The notes below the pieces were generated by a model. That model made no database searches, was not told the origin of the DNA, and saw only the letters and a program-made list of their open reading frames with translations. This document shows positions 58,710-64,000 of a DNA stretch of 64,000 nt, one piece after another; position 1 is the first letter of the stretch; each line of letters starts with the position of its first letter. Position numbers and translations under genes: made by a program. The DNA lies in the IMG/VR virus record IMGVR_UViG_3300010403_000705, positions 1 through 64,000 of that record; one strand, written 5' to 3'.

Positions 58710-58743
58710 CTAATTATTTTATATCTAAAATGGGGAATTTAAA

Positions 58744-59709
58744 TTGAAACATTTACACTTATATGATAGAGATTACATAAATTCTTCTTTAGATCTAGAA
58801 GAAGAAATTATTAAATTAAAAAAAGAACGCAATGCTGTTATTTTAGCACATTATTATCAAGATTCTGAAATTCAAGATATTGCAGATTTTATCGGAGACT
58901 CATTACAATTATCACAAGAAGCTGTAAAAACTCAAGCTGATATAATTTGTTTTGCTGGAGTTCATTTTATGGCTGAAACAGCAAAAATTCTCAATTCTAA
59001 CAAAATTGTTGTTCTTCCTGATTTAGAAGCTGGCTGCTCATTAGCTGATGGTTGTCCTGCCGATAAGTTTGCGGCATGGAAAAGTTTATATCCTAATTCA
59101 ATTGTCATTAGCTATATAAATTGTTCTGCAGAAGTAAAATCTTTGTCTGATTACATTTGTACTTCATCAAATGCAGAAAAAATTGTCAGATCAATTCCGG
59201 CGGATAAAACGATTTTATTTGCCCCTGATAAAAATCTTGGTGCATTTATTCAAAAACGGCTGGATAGACCTATGATTTTGTGGCAAGGAAGTTGCATTGT
59301 TCATGAAACTTTTAGTGAAAGAAAATTAATTTCTCTTAAAGAGCGTTACCCTCAGGCATTAATTTTGGCACATCCGGAATGCGAAGAAGCTATTTTAAGA
59401 ATGGCAGATTACGTCGGATCTACTACTGGTATTCTTAATTTTGCCATTAACCATAATAATACAGAATTTATTATTGCAACTGAATCTGGTATTTTGCATC
59501 AAATGCAAAAAGCAGCTCCTCATAAAATATTTATTCCGGCACCACCAGAAACTAACTGTGCGTGTAATGAATGTCCTTTTATGAAGAAAAATACTTTGGA
59601 AAAAGTTTACTTATCATTGAAAAATTTACAACCACAGATACACTTGTCAACTGAATTAATGGATAAAGCTCGAGTTTCAATTAATAGAATGCTAGATTTA
59701 AGTAAGTAA
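58744..59709 (+). CDS. nadA: quinolinate synthase
   Basis: ILAHYYQ, GDSL, GVHFMAET, AGCSLA, YINCSA, C.VH, AHPEC, C..MK. Confidence 0.96.
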   Translation: MKHLHLYDRDYINSSLDLEEEIIKLKKERNAVILAHYYQDSEIQDIADFIGDSLQLSQEAVKTQADIICFAGVHFMAETAKILNSNKIVVLPDLEAGCSLADGCPADKFAAWKSLYPNSIVISYINCSAEVKSLSDYICTSSNAEKIVRSIPADKTILFAPDKNLGAFIQKRLDRPMILWQGSCIVHETFSERKLISLKERYPQALILAHPECEEAILRMADYVGSTTGILNFAINHNNTEFIIATESGILHQMQKAAPHKIFIPAPPETNCACNECPFMKKNTLEKVYLSLKNLQPQIHLSTELMDKARVSINRMLDLSK

Positions 59710-59736
59710 ATAAATTAACAGATATATAGTTTGTAT

Positions 59737-59907
59737 ATGACAAGACTAGAAATACAAACCAAAATAAAAATGCTGCGTGAAGAACTAGAATCCAGACACA
59801 GATATGGATCAATAAAAATTGCTAATGAGGATGGCACACCAGTTTCTGTGGAAAAAATTCAAAATGAATTATATCGACTTATTTATAAATTGAGTAAATT
59901 TGAATAA
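59737..59907 (+). CDS. small hypothetical protein (56 aa, not in ORF track)
   Basis: MTRLEIQTKI...LYRLIYKLSKFE. Confidence 0.6.
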   Translation: MTRLEIQTKIKMLREELESRHRYGSIKIANEDGTPVSVEKIQNELYRLIYKLSKFE

Positions 59908-60355
59908 AATAATTTTATCGATAGAATTAGTACCCTCTAGTTCATGGCTTAATAATGTAAGAAATATTTTATCCCAAACACAATGGGATATTATAAAAAA
60001 TATTGTTTACTCAAAAGCCTATTACATTTGTGAAATTTGTGGAGGAGTGGGTCCCAAGCATCCAGTTGAGTGTCATGAAATATGGAAATATAATGATAAG
60101 AAATTAACTCAACACCTTGAAGGAATGGTTGCTTTATGTCCCAATTGTCATATGGTAAAACATATAGGTTTGGCTCGCATTCGAGGCGATGAGGATAAGG
60201 CGATAGCTCATTTAATGAAAGTGAATAATTGGACGTATAAAAAAAGTATTAAATATATTCAAAAATGTTTTGATATTTGGCGCAAACGCTCTAGTAAAAA
60301 GTGGAAGTTAAGTATTTCTCATTTAAAAGAATACGGAATAGACATAGAAAAATAA
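59900..60355 (+). CDS. HNH-family nuclease-like protein
   Basis: ELVP, CEICGG, CHEIW, LCPNCH.VKH.G. Confidence 0.8.
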   Translation: MNKIILSIELVPSSSWLNNVRNILSQTQWDIIKNIVYSKAYYICEICGGVGPKHPVECHEIWKYNDKKLTQHLEGMVALCPNCHMVKHIGLARIRGDEDKAIAHLMKVNNWTYKKSIKYIQKCFDIWRKRSSKKWKLSISHLKEYGIDIEK

Positions 60356-60571
60356 ATGCCTAATAACACAGAAAATTTTATTATTTTTGTTTGTGATAAA
60401 TTGCCTAATTATTCTTTTGAAGAAATTAGAGAGTTAATGTTAAAACATTTTATCATTACAGAAGAAGAAATATATTTGAGTATACATGCTGCAATTCTTC
60501 TTCTTAAAGAAAGAGTAGAATCTAATCTACGATTAAAAAATAAAAAGCCTCCGTTTGGAAGAAATAATTAA
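60356..60571 (+). CDS. hypothetical protein
   Basis: 71 aa. Confidence 0.55.
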   Translation: MPNNTENFIIFVCDKLPNYSFEEIRELMLKHFIITEEEIYLSIHAAILLLKERVESNLRLKNKKPPFGRNN

Positions 60572-60573
60572 AT

Positions 60574-60981
60574 ATGAATTGCCCTGCCTGTTTATCTATT
60601 ATGTATAATAAAGATGAAATACATAAAATTTCACCTACTAAAAATAGAATGAATCTTCATTGTTGGAACTATAAAAATTGTTCATCAAGAAGTCATAATG
60701 AAAACGATTATTATGGTCCATACATGCAAGTCATCACAAATGATCCAGATCCTTGGGAATGTGTTAAGTATGGTTTTATCATTATAAAAAATAATAGGCG
60801 CATACTACTTGAAGGTGATTTTGGATATAATTTTACAGTGTCCAAAATTTTTGATAAAGAAACCAAAAATTGGAAAGAAATAAAAAAAATTAGATTCGTT
60901 CAATTGTCTACAGGTAATGATATGCATATTCAAGCAATTAATTTATCTAATAAGTTGACAAAGCTTATTCCTTTTATATAA
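60574..60981 (+). CDS. hypothetical CxxC protein with C-terminal F-x tail
   Basis: MNCPAC; ends NKLTKLIPFI. Confidence 0.7.
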   Translation: MNCPACLSIMYNKDEIHKISPTKNRMNLHCWNYKNCSSRSHNENDYYGPYMQVITNDPDPWECVKYGFIIIKNNRRILLEGDFGYNFTVSKIFDKETKNWKEIKKIRFVQLSTGNDMHIQAINLSNKLTKLIPFI

Positions 60982-60984
60982 AAT

Positions 60985-61056
60985 CTCCTTGTAGTTCAGA
61001 GGAAGAACGCAAAACTCCTAAGTTTGATGTCGTAGGTTCGATTCCTACCAAGGAGG
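60985..61056 (+). tRNA. tRNA-Arg(CCT); no encoded CCA
   Basis: CTCCTTG/CAAGGAG, G73, loop CTCCTAA, GTAGG-TTCGATT-CCTAC. Confidence 0.88.
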
Positions 61057-61080
61057 CAAATAGATGTTATATTGATAGTT

Positions 61081-61812
61081 ATGAAAATAACATCGGGTAT
61101 TATTCTGGCAGGAGGAACGGGATCTAGATTAGCGCCATTGAATACGTTGTTCAATAAACATTTAGTTCCTGTTTACAATAAGTTTATTATAGATTATCCA
61201 TTACAGACACTTAAACAGTTAGGAGTTAAAAATCTTACCGTAGTATTAGGTGGTTCGCATTTTAGTCAAATAGTGTCACATATTAAAGATGGTTATCACT
61301 TAAATATGACAATAAATTATGTTTATCAAGATAAACCTGTAGGTATAGCTCAAGCTATTAACTTATGTGAAAGATTTGTTTCTCAAGATAAAAGATTTGT
61401 CACACTTCTTGGCGATAATATTTTTGAAAATCCAATACAATTAGTCAACAATAGCTATCCATCACAAATTATTTTACATAAACACCCAAATTTGAATAGA
61501 TTTGGGGTAGCCTCAATAGAAAATAATAAAATCACAAAAATAGAAGAAAAGCCATTGGCGCTAGATGCTAGGTTGGATAACTACGCTATCACCGGATGTT
61601 ATATATTTGATAGGCAATTTTTTAAATTCTTTGAGAACATTGTGCCTAGCGCCAGAGGTGAATATGAGATAACAGATATTATAAGATTGTATAATCAAAA
61701 TAATGATTTGGGTTTCTCAGTTACTAATGGCATGTGGAGTGATGCTGGAACACATGAATCCATAAATTTCGTTAATAACTTTTTCTACCAAAAATACCAC
61801 CATAATAGTTAA
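61081..61812 (+). CDS. glucose-1-phosphate thymidylyltransferase-like (RmlA/SpsI)
   Basis: GIILAGGTGSRL.P, NKHL.PV, LGDNIF, EKP, SARGEYEITD, W.DAGT. Confidence 0.9.
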   Translation: MKITSGIILAGGTGSRLAPLNTLFNKHLVPVYNKFIIDYPLQTLKQLGVKNLTVVLGGSHFSQIVSHIKDGYHLNMTINYVYQDKPVGIAQAINLCERFVSQDKRFVTLLGDNIFENPIQLVNNSYPSQIILHKHPNLNRFGVASIENNKITKIEEKPLALDARLDNYAITGCYIFDRQFFKFFENIVPSARGEYEITDIIRLYNQNNDLGFSVTNGMWSDAGTHESINFVNNFFYQKYHHNS

Positions 61813-61875
61813 ATTATTTAAAATCATGATATAATAGTGCTGTTATCAAACACTTTATATTGGTGATTTAATTTT

Positions 61876-62730
61876 ATGAAAATTTTAACTATTGGTAATG
61901 GATTTATTGCTCATCATTTACCTTATCCTATTTTAGAAGTAAAAATACAATACAATGATTATAGTATTGATCGTTTGTTTGAAGTATATAAACCAGATGT
62001 ATTAATTAATTGTATTGGTAAAACTGGCGTACCCAATGTAGATTGGTGTGAATCTAATAAAGAAATTACTGCTACCACTAATACTGCACTTCCAATCTTA
62101 TTGGCTGAAAAATGCAGCAAAAAATCAGTACATCTAATAAATATAGGTTCTGGATGTATTTATTTCGGAAAATCCTCTAATATTTATCTTGGTTCGAGTC
62201 GAATAGAACATTCAGCTTCTGATATTGGTTGGAAAGAGAATGATTTTGCTAATCCAAAATCATTCTATTCTAGAACCAAATACGCTTGTGATTTAGTTTT
62301 AGAGGATATGCCTCATGTAACTACTTTAAGAATTCGAATGCCTATATCAGAAAAAAATCATCCTAGAAATCTAATTAATAAATTAATAGGATATAAACAA
62401 ATTATTGATATCCCTAATTCAGTTACTTTTATCAAAGATTTACAGAACTGCGTACAATGGTGTATTGAAAATAATAAAAGCGGTATTTTTCATGTTACTA
62501 ATCCACAACCTTTAAGTGCAGTTCAAATTATGATGGAGTACAAAAAGTATGTTCCAGAACATACTTTTGAAGTTATTACCGAGCAACAATTAGATAATTT
62601 AACTATTGCAAAAAGATCTAATTGTATATTAAATACGGATAAGTTAAGAGAAGCTGGGTTCGAAATGACACCATCACATGATGCACTTTCCTATTGTATG
62701 GCTAAATATATTTTAAATAAAAATTTTTAA
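61876..62730 (+). CDS. NDP-4-keto-6-deoxyglucose epimerase/reductase-like (RmlD / NRS-ER type)
   Basis: GNGFI, NCIGKTG.PNVDWCE, GSGCIY, SFYSRTK, LRIRMP, RSNC.L. Confidence 0.85.
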   Translation: MKILTIGNGFIAHHLPYPILEVKIQYNDYSIDRLFEVYKPDVLINCIGKTGVPNVDWCESNKEITATTNTALPILLAEKCSKKSVHLINIGSGCIYFGKSSNIYLGSSRIEHSASDIGWKENDFANPKSFYSRTKYACDLVLEDMPHVTTLRIRMPISEKNHPRNLINKLIGYKQIIDIPNSVTFIKDLQNCVQWCIENNKSGIFHVTNPQPLSAVQIMMEYKKYVPEHTFEVITEQQLDNLTIAKRSNCILNTDKLREAGFEMTPSHDALSYCMAKYILNKNF

Positions 62731-62744
62731 TTTGGAGAATAATT

Positions 62745-62939
62745 ATGTCTAATAAAAATGTTACTATCGATTTGAAATCTAGAAAAGATGTTGACGGTCA
62801 AGTCTTTTATGTTGGTAAAATTAAAGCTCCTGTTTTAATTGATTGTTCAATGGGCGCTGTATTTTTGGTTTTTGTGGCTGATAAAGGTGAAGAACAATTA
62901 CAAATTGCTTTAATGGATAATAAAGAATTAGATGAATAA
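62745..62939 (+). CDS. hypothetical protein
   Basis: GGAG SD, 64 aa. Confidence 0.7.
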   Translation: MSNKNVTIDLKSRKDVDGQVFYVGKIKAPVLIDCSMGAVFLVFVADKGEEQLQIALMDNKELDE

Positions 62940-63220
62940 TGTCTTTTCATTTTGAAGATCTGTGGGAGCTGTGCGAAAAGTTACACCCAACCTCTTATCA
63001 TACAACTTCAGTTCAATCAACTATAGATGAATTATTAATAAAAATTAATTTATACAAGGCAGTTGATCAAAAATTAGAATTAAGTGAAGATGAGAGAGGG
63101 AAAATAAAATCTCGATTATATGGTGAAATTTTATTTTCCCTCACTAATTTGTCAGTAATAGACAATATTAATGTTTTTGAGTGTTTAGTGAATTCTTATA
63201 ATTATCGTATAGATAAATAA
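62939..63220 (+). CDS. hypothetical protein, possibly degenerate MazG-like fold
   Basis: GEILFSLTNLS...NINV..CL. Confidence 0.45.
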   Translation: MSFHFEDLWELCEKLHPTSYHTTSVQSTIDELLIKINLYKAVDQKLELSEDERGKIKSRLYGEILFSLTNLSVIDNINVFECLVNSYNYRIDK

Positions 63221-63227
63221 AAACAAT

Positions 63228-63587
63228 TTAAACTGGAACTTCTACTACATTATAAGCGATGCCAGGTAATACATTTTGTTGTTGTAATGTAGTTACTACT
63301 TTTTGTATAGTTCTAAATGCATAATCGCTACTTTTACCAGGAACAAACTGTACCTTAACAGTATTTGAACTAGTACCAGGCGCTACTTCTAACCTTCTCA
63401 CTAAACTTTTAACTTGTTGTGGAAGGGCATTGCTGATAGCTTCTGCTTCTTTTTTTGTAGTAATTTGTGGGTTTAAAGAAGCGGGTGGTAAAGCATCGCC
63501 TAACGATTGAGCGATTTTTGTGATTATTTGTTGTTGTTGCGCAACTACTTTAACCAATTTGCTGATAATTTCTTTATCTTTTGACAT
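63228..63587 (-). CDS. hypothetical protein
   Basis: N-terminal helix ending TKIAQ; AAGGGA SD. Confidence 0.7.
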   Translation of the reverse strand: MSKDKEIISKLVKVVAQQQQIITKIAQSLGDALPPASLNPQITTKKEAEAISNALPQQVKSLVRRLEVAPGTSSNTVKVQFVPGKSSDYAFRTIQKVVTTLQQQNVLPGIAYNVVEVPV

Positions 63588-63828
63588 TTGTTATCCCTTT
63601 TAATATAGTGCCGTTACATTTATCCATGAATAAATATCTAATAAATTCAAAAATATATGTTTTTATTAGTATTGCTATAAATAAAATTTTAGTGTAAATG
63701 TATATACCGCTCTTTAATTTTTTTATGATATTTTGTGTATTTATATAAAATACTGAAAGTAACTCTCGACAAAAAGTTGGGGACTATATAATAGGGGAAG
63801 TAGTTATATTAGAGTACGTAGGTATGTT

Positions 63829-64000
63829 ATGAAAAAAGCAAAAATAGTGAATAATTATAAGTTTAAAAACATGTCTTATAGTGATATGGTGATGTTTTTA
63901 AATAAAGAATTACCTATTAATATTAAATATAATGAAGAATTGATTAATAGAATTCATTGTAAATATCCTATACTAAGTAAGTCACAAATTAGTATGATAG
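63829..64000 (+). CDS. 5' part of a gene running off the window, possibly HU/IHF-like
   Basis: Open to the edge; EELINRIHCKYPILSKSQISMI. Confidence 0.4.
   Translation, partial: MKKAKIVNNYKFKNMSYSDMVMFLNKELPINIKYNEELINRIHCKYPILSKSQISMI

Noticed and set aside
1-64000. Genome-wide stop codon reassignment (code 15 or 4/25)
   Set aside because: Long conserved genes are uninterrupted in code 11, and TAG/TGA end genes at natural C-termini (RlmN-like TAG 5603, UvsE TGA 14231). Internal stops were noticed only at the 58 kb locus.
1-64000. CRISPR array, rRNA, IS or integrase
   Set aside because: No regularly spaced repeats, rRNA-like sequence, transposase or integrase motifs were seen.
1-64000. Eukaryotic giant virus origin (PARP, NRS/ER, Thg1)
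   Set aside because: tmRNA, SD motifs, sigma70-like promoters, overlapping operonic genes, rIIA/B and a peptidoglycan hydrolase point to a bacteriophage.

Overview
AT-rich, densely coding, almost entirely + strand segment that looks like part of a large (jumbo/huge) bacteriophage genome using the standard bacterial code. Support: rIIA/rIIB pair, NAD-dependent ligase, two MoxR-like AAA+ ATPases (one with an intein) plus a VWA partner, SD-like AGGAG motifs, sigma70-like promoters, 10 dispersed tRNA(-like) genes and a one-piece tmRNA (tag ANDNAFVPMAQAA). No core structural or replication module is recognisable. The window is an accessory region with (i) tRNA/RNA repair and translation rescue (two Thg1-like, two PNK/phosphatases, two RNA ligases, RlmN-like, Pth2-like, a stand-alone SerRS arm), (ii) ADP-ribose/NAD metabolism and DNA repair (WGR-PARP, macrodomain, NADAR, SLOG, NadA, UvsE, Ogt, AlkB) and (iii) glycan synthesis. 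Two signals are not explained by these annotations. First, at least 17 otherwise mostly unrelated small hypothetical proteins share a basic amphipathic C-terminal tail ending in F-x-stop. Second, a compact locus at 57.99-58.71 kb holds a Pth2-like gene with TAG at codon 3, a second gene with internal TAG/TGA, and a tRNA whose loop reads as a CUA (amber) anticodon. All calls were made by eye from motifs; no database search was run.
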